A stretch of DNA of 64,000 bases from Chloroflexota bacterium (GCA_965261345.1 OZ253449.1:1-64000); one strand, 5' to 3'. Positions 38,040 through 49,533 are shown, counted from the first letter of the stretch. Made by a program: numbers and translations. The notes: a model not told the origin generated them from the letters alone.

Positions 38040-38492
38040 ATGGCGACCGATGGCGAGAGCAAGCAGGAGGTCCTGCGGCGCAGCGGGGCGCTCAACCCCC
38101 ACCCGGAACGGGTGCGCGACGATCTCTTCTGCGAGCATCCCTTCTTCGACCCCTGTGACCTGGTGCAGGTGCGCTACGAGATGCTTAGCCGGGTCTGCCG
38201 CGACGGGATGTCGATCGCCCAGAGCGCCAGGACCTTCGGGTTCACCCGCCCCACCTGGTACAAGGCCAGGCGGGCGTTCGCCGAGCGCGGCCTGGCCGGC
38301 CTTGTATCCGAGCGCCCCGGTCCGCGCCATGCCCGCAAGCTGGGGCCCGAGATCATGGAGTACCTGTTGGCGGTGCGGGCCGAGCGGCCCGGGATCGGGT
38401 CGCGGCGCCTGGTCGGGATGGTCGAGGAGCGCTTCGGCCTGTCGGTGCATAGGCGCAGCATCGAGCGGGCGCTGCGGCGGGCAAAAAATTAA
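38040..38492 (+). CDS. helix-turn-helix protein (LSR element)
   Basis: Same as 35440-35892. Confidence 0.8.
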   Translation: MATDGESKQEVLRRSGALNPHPERVRDDLFCEHPFFDPCDLVQVRYEMLSRVCRDGMSIAQSARTFGFTRPTWYKARRAFAERGLAGLVSERPGPRHARKLGPEIMEYLLAVRAERPGIGSRRLVGMVEERFGLSVHRRSIERALRRAKN

Positions 38493-38941
38493 CCCGCCCG
38501 GATCTGGATCCGGGCGCTGCCCCAACCACCGCGACCGCGACCTACGAGCGCCTGCGGCGCCAGGCGCTATGGCCCGACGGGGCCGCCGACTGGCGCCGGA
38601 TGGAGCAGGTGGGCCGGGGCGGACTGGCGGCCCTGCTTGCCAACGACGGCTGCGAACCGACCCTCCGCCGGGACCCGGTGGCGGCGCCGCCGGGCGCTGC
38701 GGCGGAGATCGTGGACGTCCTGCTGGAACTGGTGACCGCGCCCCGGTCGGGGCGGTCCGATGACCGATCAGACCCGCGGCAAGGTGACCGCCGACCACCT
38801 CGACCGCATGGCGTACCTGTACGTGCGCCAGTCCAGCCTGCGGCAGGTGGTAGAGCATGGCGAGAGCACCCGCCGCCAGTACGACCTGCGGGGTCGGGCC
38901 ATCTCCCTGGGCTGGGATGCCGACCGGATATGCGTGATTGA
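38483..38941 (+). CDS. third ORF of LSR element, in the -1 frame relative to the HTH gene (mirror at 34991-35449, minus strand)
   Basis: Open frame KKLTRPDLDP...YERLRRQAL...MEQVGRGGLAALL. Confidence 0.5.
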   Translation, partial: KKLTRPDLDPGAAPTTATATYERLRRQALWPDGAADWRRMEQVGRGGLAALLANDGCEPTLRRDPVAAPPGAAAEIVDVLLELVTAPRSGRSDDRSDPRQGDRRPPRPHGVPVRAPVQPAAGGRAWREHPPPVRPAGSGHLPGLGCRPDMRD

Positions 38942-40826
38942 CTCCGACCTTGGGCGTTCGGGGGCCGACTCGGACCGCGAAGGCTTCCGACGCCTGGTTA
39001 CCGAGGTGTCCCTGGGCAACGTCGGGATGGTGCTGGGGCTGGAAGTCTCGCGCCTGGCGCGCAATAACGCCGACTGGCAGCGCCTGCTGGAGCTGTGCGC
39101 GCAGTCGGACACCCTGATCCTGGACGAGGATGGGATATATGATCCGTCCAGCTTCAACGACCGCCTGCTGCTGGGCCTGAAGGGCACGATGTCGGAAGCC
39201 GAGCTGCACGTTATGAAGTCCCGTCTGCGGGGTGGACTTCTGGCCAAGGCGCGGCGCGGCGAGCTCAAGATCGCGCTGCCGGTGGGATACTGCTACGACC
39301 CTCTCGACCGCTGGGTGCCGGACCCCGACGCCCAGGTGCAGGAGACCCTGCGCACGTTCTTTGACGTCTTCCAGCGCAGCGGCTCGGCGCGGGCTGTGGT
39401 GGCGTACTTTAATGCGAACGGTCTGCTGATCCCGCTGCGGTCCCGCAAGGGCCCGGGCAAGGGCGAACTCTTCTGGAACAATCTCGATCACGGCCGTGCG
39501 CTGTCGATCCTGCACAACCCCGGTTACGCCGGGGTTTACGCCTACGGACGCACCCAGCGGCGGCGGCGCGGCGGCAGCCGCCGGTCAGCCAAGGCGCCGC
39601 GCAGCGAGTGGATCGCCCTGATCAAGGACCACCATCCCGGCTACATTTCCTGGGAGCGATTCGAGGCCAACCAGGCCCAGCTGGCGCGCTCGGCCAGGGC
39701 CCATGGCGCCGACCGCCGCCAGGGACCGGCGCGCGAGGGGACGGCCCTTCTGCAGGGGGTGGCCATCTGCGGGAAATGCGGGAACCACCTGCAGACGCGC
39801 TACGACGGCTCCCGCACCAGGCCCCGCTACGTATGTCACCGCGACGGGATCGCCAACGCCAGACCGATCTGCCTCTCGATTGCCGGCGCGGGGATCGACC
39901 GGGCCGTAGCCGATCTGGCTCTCGAACTGATGACTCCGCAGGTACTGCAACTGGCGCTTGGCGTACAGGACGAACTGGAGCGCCGCCTCAGGGAGGCCGA
40001 CGGCCTGCGGTCCCGGGCCGTGCAGCGCGTCCGCGAGGCGGCCGATCTGGCCGGCCGCCGCTACCGATTGGCCGATCCGCACAACCGCATGGTCGCCGAC
40101 GTGCTGGAGGCCGAGTGGAACGCCTGCCTGCAGCGCCTCGAGCAGGCGGGCGCTGAGTACGAGCGCCGGCGCGAGCAGGATCGGCAACGGTTCGACAGTC
40201 AGCAGCAGCGGCGGATCGCCGAACTTGCGACCAACTTCCCCAGGGTGTGGAACGATCCCGGGACCCCGGCCCGGGAGCGCAAGCGCATGCTGCGGCTGCT
40301 GGTCGAGGACGTTACGGTGTCAAGGGGCCAGGAGGAGATCAGGCTGGGAGTGCGTCTGCGCGGCGGGGTCGCCCGCGAGCTGACCGCGCCCCTGCCGATG
40401 TCGGGCGCCCAGCTGTACCGCACCCCGGTCGAGACCGTCGCCCTGGTCGACGAAGCGCTTGAAGGCCACACGATCGGCGCGATCGTGGAGATCCTGCGGC
40501 AGCGCGATCACCGCCCGCCGCGGGGCGCGCGCTACACCCGCACCGCCGTGCAGGCCATGATCTACGCCCACGGGCTGCGCACGCGCTACCAGCGTTTGCG
40601 CGATCGGGGCCTGCTTAGCGTGTACGAGGTCGCCGGGCGGCTTGGGATATCTGAGAGCGGAGTCCGCGACCGGCGGCGGCGCGGGCTGCTGGTGGGCCAT
40701 CTGGCCGACGACAAGGGCGTGCGTCTTTACGAATGGCCGCCGGGCGGGGCCGGTTCATCTCATGCCGCCGGGGGGACCGCCGACGAACTGTCGCAAGTTA
40801 GCAATGAGGCGCAGTATGCAACCTGA
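38760..40826 (+). CDS. large serine recombinase
   Basis: Identical protein to 33106-35172. Confidence 0.92.
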   Translation: MTDQTRGKVTADHLDRMAYLYVRQSSLRQVVEHGESTRRQYDLRGRAISLGWDADRICVIDSDLGRSGADSDREGFRRLVTEVSLGNVGMVLGLEVSRLARNNADWQRLLELCAQSDTLILDEDGIYDPSSFNDRLLLGLKGTMSEAELHVMKSRLRGGLLAKARRGELKIALPVGYCYDPLDRWVPDPDAQVQETLRTFFDVFQRSGSARAVVAYFNANGLLIPLRSRKGPGKGELFWNNLDHGRALSILHNPGYAGVYAYGRTQRRRRGGSRRSAKAPRSEWIALIKDHHPGYISWERFEANQAQLARSARAHGADRRQGPAREGTALLQGVAICGKCGNHLQTRYDGSRTRPRYVCHRDGIANARPICLSIAGAGIDRAVADLALELMTPQVLQLALGVQDELERRLREADGLRSRAVQRVREAADLAGRRYRLADPHNRMVADVLEAEWNACLQRLEQAGAEYERRREQDRQRFDSQQQRRIAELATNFPRVWNDPGTPARERKRMLRLLVEDVTVSRGQEEIRLGVRLRGGVARELTAPLPMSGAQLYRTPVETVALVDEALEGHTIGAIVEILRQRDHRPPRGARYTRTAVQAMIYAHGLRTRYQRLRDRGLLSVYEVAGRLGISESGVRDRRRRGLLVGHLADDKGVRLYEWPPGGAGSSHAAGGTADELSQVSNEAQYAT

Positions 40827-41470
40827 TCCCGCGGACAGTATTCCAGTTCGTACAGGTCGCGTCCCGCTACCTGCTCGGTCGGCAGGCTGGTTACGACGAA
40901 GCGGGCGTTGGGCCGCGGCGGCCGGGGCGCGCCGTCCCGGCCGGTATGCCCGGGCAGGTACTCGGCCTTGCCCACCACCCGTCGGGTCCTGGACCAGGTC
41001 CCGGCAAGGGTCTGGTGGGTAAAGCCGCGGAAGCGCCGCGAGGGCTCCCCGCTTGCAAGGCAGCGCCGCCGCGAGCGCTCGAGCGGGCGGGCGATCTTTT
41101 TCTCCAGGCGCGGGTTGCGCGCCAGGCCGAAGAGGTAGTCGATCCCCTCCCGTTCGCACCAGGTCATGATCGGATCGCGGCCAAAGCCCGAGTCGCCGCG
41201 CAATACGATCTGCGTTTCGGGCCAGGCGGAGCGGATCTTCTCTACCAGCGGCGCGATCTCGGACACCGCATCCGACCCCGGGGCGCTATCGGAGGGGCGC
41301 AGGCGGCAAAGCAGCAGATGCTCGCCGCAAAACACGTACAGCGGTAGATAGCAATAGGAGTCGTAATACCCGTGGAAGAACCGTCCTTCTTGCTTGCCGT
41401 GCAGCTTCACGTCGGTGGCGTCCACGTCCAGGACGATGCGCGCCGGGGGAGCGGGATGAGATTCCTATAC

Positions 41471-42825
<1,355 letters not shown>

Positions 42826-42829
42826 TTTA

Positions 42830-43050
42830 AAGACCTTTATCCGCCCGGGAGACACGGGCATGCGCGATGCCTTTCCCGGCGCGGACAAAGTCAGGTCAAC
42901 CGGTCGGGAGCGGCCATGTGCTTCCAGCGCTTCAGAGTGCCTTTCCTGGACCTGCGCCCCGATCGGTCTGGCCGCGATTGCAAAGCCCTGTGGAGAGTCC
43001 GCGCTTCGAGCAGCCAGTATAGGAACCGGCAGGCATCGCCCAAGACCTGT
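42830..43050 (+). ncRNA. putative bridge RNA of IS110-B
   Basis: 5' hairpin; target loop ATGTGCTTCC (42916-42925) and TTCCTGGA (42943-42950); donor loop GAGAGTCC (42993-43000) and GTATAGGA (43017-43024). Confidence 0.75.
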
Positions 43051-43098
43051 ACCCGAACAACCCCTATCGCGCAACCAGACCCTGAGGAGGTCATCTCA

Positions 43099-44337
43099 AT
43101 GAACGATGAGCCCCGCGCCGTCGCCGGCGTGGACTGGGCCACCGGCAGCCACCAGGTCTGCGTCGTAGACGCTGGCGGCAAGGAACTGGGTAACCGCAGC
43201 TTCCCGCACTCGGGTCAGGGCCTGACGGCGATGGCCGACTGGATCCTGGAGCTGGCGGCGACAGATCCGCAATATGTGTTAGTCGGCATCGAGACCCCGC
43301 ACGGGCCGGTGGTGGAGACGCTGCAGGGCCGCGGCTTCCGGGTCTTTGCCATCAGCCCGCGGCAACTGGACCGGTTCCGCGATCGCTACTTCCCTTCCGG
43401 GGCCAAGGACGACAGCCTGGACGCCCGCGTGCTGGCCGATGCCTTGCGCTCGGACCGCTACGCCTACCGTGAACTTACCCTGCCCGAACCGCGGGTGCTG
43501 GCGCTGCGCGAGCTATCGCGCAGCTCCGAGGAACTTACCAGAGAGCGGGTGCGCCTGCAGAACCGCCTGCGCAATCAGCTGTGGCGCTACTACCCGCAGA
43601 TCCTGGAACTGAGCGATGACGTTGCCGAGAACTGGATCATGGACCTGTGGGAGGCCGCGCCCACCCCGGATCGGGCCCGCCGGATCACCCGCGGGCGGAT
43701 CGAGAAGATCCTGAAGGGCAACCGCATCCGCCGCATCGATGCCGATCGGGTCCGGGAAGTGCTGGGGCAACCGGCGCTGGCGGTGGCCCCGGGTACGGCG
43801 GACGCCGCCGCGTCCGCGATCCGGATCACGATAGCGCGCCTGCGCCTTAGCGGGCGGCTGCTGAAGGAAGTTAACGCCGCGATCGATTCGCTGCTGGAAG
43901 GGTTCGACGAAGACCCCGAAGCGGGCGGGCAGCGCGACGCTAAGATCCTGCGCTCCATATCCGGAGTCGGCAGGACCGTCCTGGCCACGCTGCTCTCAGA
44001 GGCCCATGACCCGATCAGGCGACGGGATGTAGGAGCCCTGCGCGCGTTGAGCGGATCGGCGCCGGTGACAAAGCGTTCCGGCAAGGGGATTATCGTGGTG
44101 CGGAGGATGGCGGTGCACAACCGTGTGCGCAACGCCTGCCACTACATGGCGGGTACGGCCATCCAGCACGATAAGAAGAGCAGATTGCGCTACGACGCGC
44201 TGCGCGCGCGCGGCTGCTCGCACTCGCGGGCGCTGCGCACGGTGGCCGATCGCCTACTGGCGATGGCCTGTGCGATGCTGCGCGATCAGACCCTGTACGA
44301 CCCTCTGCACACTACCCGTGGCAGGGAGGTGGCCTAA
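43099..44337 (+). CDS. IS110 recombinase of element B
   Basis: GAGGAGG RBS; GVDWA, AKDDSLDA, TKRSGK. Confidence 0.92.
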   Translation: MNDEPRAVAGVDWATGSHQVCVVDAGGKELGNRSFPHSGQGLTAMADWILELAATDPQYVLVGIETPHGPVVETLQGRGFRVFAISPRQLDRFRDRYFPSGAKDDSLDARVLADALRSDRYAYRELTLPEPRVLALRELSRSSEELTRERVRLQNRLRNQLWRYYPQILELSDDVAENWIMDLWEAAPTPDRARRITRGRIEKILKGNRIRRIDADRVREVLGQPALAVAPGTADAAASAIRITIARLRLSGRLLKEVNAAIDSLLEGFDEDPEAGGQRDAKILRSISGVGRTVLATLLSEAHDPIRRRDVGALRALSGSAPVTKRSGKGIIVVRRMAVHNRVRNACHYMAGTAIQHDKKSRLRYDALRARGCSHSRALRTVADRLLAMACAMLRDQTLYDPLHTTRGREVA

Positions 44338-44539
44338 GCAATGCCCTGGGGATGGCCGGATCGGCAAGATCGCGGCGGCCGAAGGCGTGGCGACGTGGCC
44401 CGAATGCGGGAATGCCCACGGTTGACCGACCGCATCCGGGGGCCGGAGTTGGGGTCAAACGTTTCCCCTTCCGCTTCCCCTGCACCCCCTTCTCCATCCC
44501 CATCCAAATTGGACTTGACAAATCGTAGAGAGTCGAACA

Positions 44540-46457
44540 GCCAGGCAAACTGGAGTATGGACGCGGGTGAAAGTCCCGCTGGCAAAGGGCTGGCCGCCCA
44601 TGCCGAACCGCGAGCCGTGCGCAGGCCGTCGCGAGACGGTCGGTGAAGCGTCGGTAGCGGGGCATGCGGGCCGGGCTATCGAGCGCCGAAATACCGGTTC
44701 GGAGCGCCGAGACCGTGATTCTGGTCGAAGGCAACACCGACAGCGGCGATATTGGCAAGTCGCTGATCTGGGCTCCGCGGCGTCGAAGAACTCGCGCACG
44801 TATGCACGTCCATCCCCGGGACCTGGGAGACCTGTCCAGCGCCCCAACGCACTCGCAGCATTGGGGCCGCATCGGGAAGGAAGGAGTTTCGCAATCCGAT
44901 GATGCACGCCGGACAGAAGTCTGATGCGGCCATAGTACCTGCGAAGGCGGCGAACAATGGGGCGTAAAACCCCGGCGGAGCCGCCGGAGGAAAGGGCCGC
45001 AAGCAAGAGGAACGCGCCAGGCACCGGCACGGACTACACCCAGGGGTGGGTTCCCGTGTCACCCGGAGCCGAACGCGTACGGCAACACGCCAAAGAGAAC
45101 CCAGAGGAGAAACTCACCGCGCTCTTACACCACATAGACCTTGACGCGCTAAGGGATGCGTTCTACGGGCTAAAACCCAATGCCGCTCCCGGCGCCGACG
45201 GGATCACGTGGAGGATGTACGAGGAAAACCTGGAAGAGAAACTTCTCGACCTTAAAGACCGCGTGCACAAAGGAGCATACCGAGCGACCCCCGTCCTGCG
45301 GGTAGCGATACCCAAACCGGACGGCGGGAAGCGAGCGCTTGGAATCGCATCCATAGAGGACAAGATCCTGCAGCGGGCGGTGTGTCAACAGATCCTTGAC
45401 CCGATCTATGAATCGGAGTTCGCCGGGTTCGCATACGGGTTCCGGCCAAAAAGATCAGCGCACGACGCGCTGGACGCCCTGGCCTACGCCATCGAACGGA
45501 GAAAAGTCAACTGGATTCTTGACGCCGACATAAAAGGCTTCTTCGACCATCTCGACCGCGAGCGACTCATCTCGTTCCTGGGAGAGCGAATCGGAGACAA
45601 CCGCGTCCTGCGCCTAATCCGCAAATGGCTGAGCACCGGAGTAATGGAAGCCGGAGAACTATCCGACAGCGTGCAGGGAACACCGCAAGGGGCGCCGATA
45701 TCGCCGCTGCTTGCCAACGTGTACCTGCACAAAGTCCTGGACTCATGGTTTGCCAAGGAATGGCGACCCAAAAGCGCCAGCGGCGAGGTCTACATCGTCA
45801 GGTATGCCGATGACTTCGTCCTGGGATTTGAGTACCGCAGCGATGCGGTCAGATTTGCAAAGGATTTGCGAGACAGGCTAGAAGAGTACGGATTAGAGCT
45901 TGCAGCCCACAAGACCCGCCTGATCGAGTTCGGCAGATACGCGATCGAGAATCGCCGCCAGCGTAACGACAGCCGTCCGGAGACTTTTGACTTCCTCGGC
46001 CTAACGCATTACTGCCGGACGATGAGCAACGGAAAGTTCGGACTGGGACGCAAGCCCATCGCCAAGCGCGTCAGACGCACCCTGAAGGCGATCAAGGAAC
46101 GACTACGCATGCGCATGCACGACGATCCCGCGCAGACCGGGCAATGGCTCGGGTTGGTGCTGCGGGGCTGGCTCGGCTATTACGCCGTCCCAACCAGCTC
46201 CACGTACCTGAGGAGTTTCAAATATGAACTCGAGCGCCAGTGGTTACGCAGCCTGCGCCGCCGGTCGCAGCATGATCGATTCCCATGGGGGCGCCTGCGC
46301 GCATTGAGCACTGCCCATCTCCCAACCGTCTCCATCCTCCACCCATGGCCCGCCGACCGTTTTGCCGTCAAACACTCAAGCTAAGAGCCCGGTGCGTTAA
46401 CGCGCATGCCGGGATCCGTGCGGGGGGCACCGGGTAACCGGTGTTCCTACCGCGAAC
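44540..46457 (+). mobile_element. group II intron (5' GTGYG not seen)
   Basis: Domain I motifs (GGGTGAAAGTCCCG, GAGCCGTGCG...GAAGCGTCGG); DV GAGCCCGGTGCG...CCGGGATC at ~46385-46416; DVI ending CCTACCGCGAAC. Confidence 0.85.
44957..46384 (+). CDS. ltrA: group II intron reverse transcriptase/maturase without endonuclease domain
   Basis: GTPQG, RYADD, FDFLG; ends after domain X; true start may be ~45056. Confidence 0.92.
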   Translation: MGRKTPAEPPEERAASKRNAPGTGTDYTQGWVPVSPGAERVRQHAKENPEEKLTALLHHIDLDALRDAFYGLKPNAAPGADGITWRMYEENLEEKLLDLKDRVHKGAYRATPVLRVAIPKPDGGKRALGIASIEDKILQRAVCQQILDPIYESEFAGFAYGFRPKRSAHDALDALAYAIERRKVNWILDADIKGFFDHLDRERLISFLGERIGDNRVLRLIRKWLSTGVMEAGELSDSVQGTPQGAPISPLLANVYLHKVLDSWFAKEWRPKSASGEVYIVRYADDFVLGFEYRSDAVRFAKDLRDRLEEYGLELAAHKTRLIEFGRYAIENRRQRNDSRPETFDFLGLTHYCRTMSNGKFGLGRKPIAKRVRRTLKAIKERLRMRMHDDPAQTGQWLGLVLRGWLGYYAVPTSSTYLRSFKYELERQWLRSLRRRSQHDRFPWGRLRALSTAHLPTVSILHPWPADRFAVKHSS

Positions 46458-48134
46458 ACCGATTGGTGGCCGTGATCGCCTGATTTCGGGTATCTGCAAG
46501 CGTTCGGCTTTTGCCGAACCCGCAGATCCCGGTTCACGCGACCGCCGCGGGCGGTTGCCGCCGCCGCCGACCCCGCAATCCGTCCCTCGGCCCCAGCTGA
46601 CGCAGGGATCTTTGCCGGACCTGCGGCCCGCTCGCGGCCGCAGCGCGCCGGTCAGGTCGGGACGGGCAGCGTCCGCGCCCGGGCAAGCAGGCCTTCGAAC
46701 CGGTTCGCCCAGGGCCAGAAGGCCGGCAGGTGCAGGGTCGATATCCGGCCCGAACGGGTTATCCGCCCCGGCATCGCATACAGGCGGCGGCGGCGGGTTG
46801 CGGCGGTTGCAACCGCCGGGCGCTGCGCCGCCGGATCGGCCGCCATGCCGACCCGCTCCTGCCAGCGGCAGAGGTTGTGGGCGAGCGCCTGAACCCACAG
46901 CCAGGCGGCGTTGGCGGCAAAGTTCCCCGAAGGGAAGTGGTTCAGACCCATCCCGTACTTGAGGTCCTTGATGTGGTTCTCGATCGCGGCGTGGCGGCGG
47001 TGGTCGGACTCCAGTTCGAGCATGTCGCCGCCGCGGTCGGTTATGAAGGGGTGGTAGCTGTAGTCGGCCAGCAGCGCCAGCTGCGATCCCGGGGCGGGCC
47101 GCACCCTCCTTACGATCAGACGCAGGGCCGTGTCGTTGCCGCGGCTGCGGAACGGGACGTACGGTATCTCGGCCACGTCGGCATACCCTTCCCGCCAGTA
47201 CGGTATCGGGGTCCAGTCGGCCTCCGCTATCCGGGCAAGCCTGGAGCGCATGCCCGCATGCTGGCGGGCGCTGATCGAGAAGCGCGCCCCGAGCTTGCGG
47301 CAGGCGCTGTAGAGGTCGTAGTTGTAGAAGCCCGAGTCGGCGCGCACCGTCAACTGCCCGCTCGCCCCGGCCGCGCGCACCCGCGCGATCGTTTCGGTGA
47401 GAAAGTGCGCCGATCCGCGGCCGGGGTTGGAGCTTCCCGCACGCAGGCGGGCGAAGAGCACGTCGCCCGTGCCGGCGGCTGTCGCCAGCAGCGGGTGGAA
47501 GCCCTTGCGGCCGTCGTAGGCCCGGTTCCCGCCCTGCTTTTGGAGCCCGAAGGTCTGGCAGATGGTCGAGTCCAGGTCTATGGTCAGGGGGTCATCGCCC
47601 GGACCGGCGCCGGCCCTGAAGGCGCGCCGCAGCAGCTGGCGCGATAGACCGTCCAATTGCCGCACGTTGCCCCAGTTGAGGTTGCGCAGGAAGGTTCCGA
47701 GGGTGGAGGGGGCCTTGACCTTAAATCCCAGGACCCGCGCGCTGCCGCCGGAGCGGAGCGCGTCGGCGTCGTCAATGCAGTCTCCCCCGACAAGGGCGGA
47801 GGCGGTAAGGGTCAGGAGCTTGTCGGCGACGTTGCCGGTTCCCGGACCGCGCCGCGGACGGACGTGCACGGCGGCCAACTGCGCAAACCCCAGGTTCCGG
47901 AGCACGGTCAGCGGGCCGATCAAGCCGGCGTTGGCCACCAGGCGGTGGTCGTCGAAGGCGATCCGGAGGCGGTCGGGGTGCAGGCCGGCGGTTGTACAAT
48001 GCTGCATCTAAAAAGTGCTCGCCTGTTACTGGGTTTTTCGTTCTAGACAAACCGATTCTCCCAGCTACGAGAGAGCACTTTTTGCTATTTGAAGGCGGGG
48101 TTGATCAGAAAAAAGCGGTGGATCCCCGCTTAGG
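46458..48134 (-). mobile_element. IS1380-family element 3 with intact transposase (46652-48007)
   Basis: IDLDST, VRADSGF, IENHIKDLK; left end CCTAAGCGGGGATCCACCG; right IR cut by the intron after CGGT. Confidence 0.85.
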
Positions 48135-48932
48135 CGTTCGGGCTGGAAGGTGAACCGCAAACGGGCCCTTCGCATCTGGCGCCGGGAGGGACTGAAGATC
48201 CCGATCCGGAAGGTCAAGAAGTCGCGCCTCTGGCTGGAGAACGGACACTCTACGCGCCTTATCGCCGAGCGCCGCAACCACATCTGGTGCTATGACTTGG
48301 CCTACGAGCGCACCGAGGACGGCAGGCCGATCAGGATCCTTACCGTCACCGACGAGTACACCCGCCGCCTGGCCCGGGCCGCCCGCGCGTTCACGTCGCT
48401 GGACGTGATCGAGGTAATGGGCGACCTCATGCTGATCCACGGAGTATCAGAACATATCCGCTTCCACAACGGCCCCGAATTCATCGCCAAATCGATAAGG
48501 CAATGGCTATCGGCCAGCGGGGTCGCGACCGTCTACATCAAACCCGGCGCGGCCTGGGAGAACGCCTACGCCGAATCATTTATCTCCAGGGTCCGGGACG
48601 AGCTCTCAGATCGCGAGATCTTCTTCACTCTCAAGGAGGCGCAGGTGATGCTGGAACGCTTCCGGATCGACTACAACAGCGTGCGTCCGCACTCGGCGTT
48701 GGGTTACTTGACGCCTCTGGAAGCAATCGAGCCGGCGGCGTGATGGATCATCTGCCGATTGCCGTCTGCCTGCTGCTGGCCGGCCTGATCGTGACTCCGG
48801 TGATCGCGCATTGCCGCGCTGCGGCCGTCCGCAATTTCAGCCTCGTCACCAGCTCTCCTGCAGGAGAGCTGGTGACGCCCACCCACAAGACAATGTCTCA
48901 ATCCAACTGGTATCAAAACCGGGGACCTGCCA
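48135..48932 (+). mobile_element. IS3-family 3' fragment (orfB 48150-48743)
   Basis: Integrase core; end AAACCGGGGACCTGCCA matches 12732. Confidence 0.85.
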
Positions 48933-49200
48933 ACCGCTGCGCCGTGGACGGATATGACTCGCCCAGCTCCAATCAACCGAGCTATCGCGAGCTTCTCTGG
49001 GTGTGATTCGAACACTTCGTCTGAACTGATCGAAGTGCCGAAGGGCGCCTTGGTTTCCCTCAGCGGGGGCGAATCCCTCCTGCCGGCGGCAGCGTACGAC
49101 CGCAAATGAATGCCCGCCCACCAGATGCAATTAATTTTCCGATAGCACCCAATCGAAGGGGCGTAAGCCGACCTCGAATGATTGTGACGGGCTTGGTCAA

Positions 49201-49533
49201 ATGGCGATTGCGAGTGGCAAAATTGTCATGAAGTTCCAGACCAGCTCGGTACCTGGGGGCCTCACACTGCGTCTGTATTCGTTCACCATGCCCAGCATGG
49301 ATGACGCCGAGTTTATCGCCTACGGCACCGAAGAAGAGTGGAAGATTCTGCAGCTCTCGGTCTACCAGTTGCGCGAGGACGCGGCCCCGTTGCGTCGGCC
49401 CTGGCTGTTTCCGCACATGACCAAGTTCGGCCCACCGCTCACCGAGGTGACCAGGCGCTCGAACTGGAGCAAGGACCGTGGCGAGGTGGAATTCGGCCGG
49501 CTGCCGGTCAAGATTACAAAGTTCGCGTTCTGA
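49201..49533 (+). CDS. hypothetical protein
   Basis: ORF with GC3-rich codon usage. Confidence 0.4.
   Translation: MAIASGKIVMKFQTSSVPGGLTLRLYSFTMPSMDDAEFIAYGTEEEWKILQLSVYQLREDAAPLRRPWLFPHMTKFGPPLTEVTRRSNWSKDRGEVEFGRLPVKITKFAF

Larger units (their letters stand above)
37537..40831 (+). mobile_element. 3.29-kb large serine recombinase integrative element, copy 2
   Basis: CG cores at 37537-37538 and 40830-40831; removal restores YCPRGDCEN. Confidence 0.92.
36945..41465 (-). mobile_element. IS1380-family element 2, interrupted by LSR copy 2 and cut off by IS110-B
   Basis: End CCCACACTTTGCAC abuts the CTAG shared with element 1; IVLDVDATD, LRGDSGF, YCPR|GDCENRI. Confidence 0.85.
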
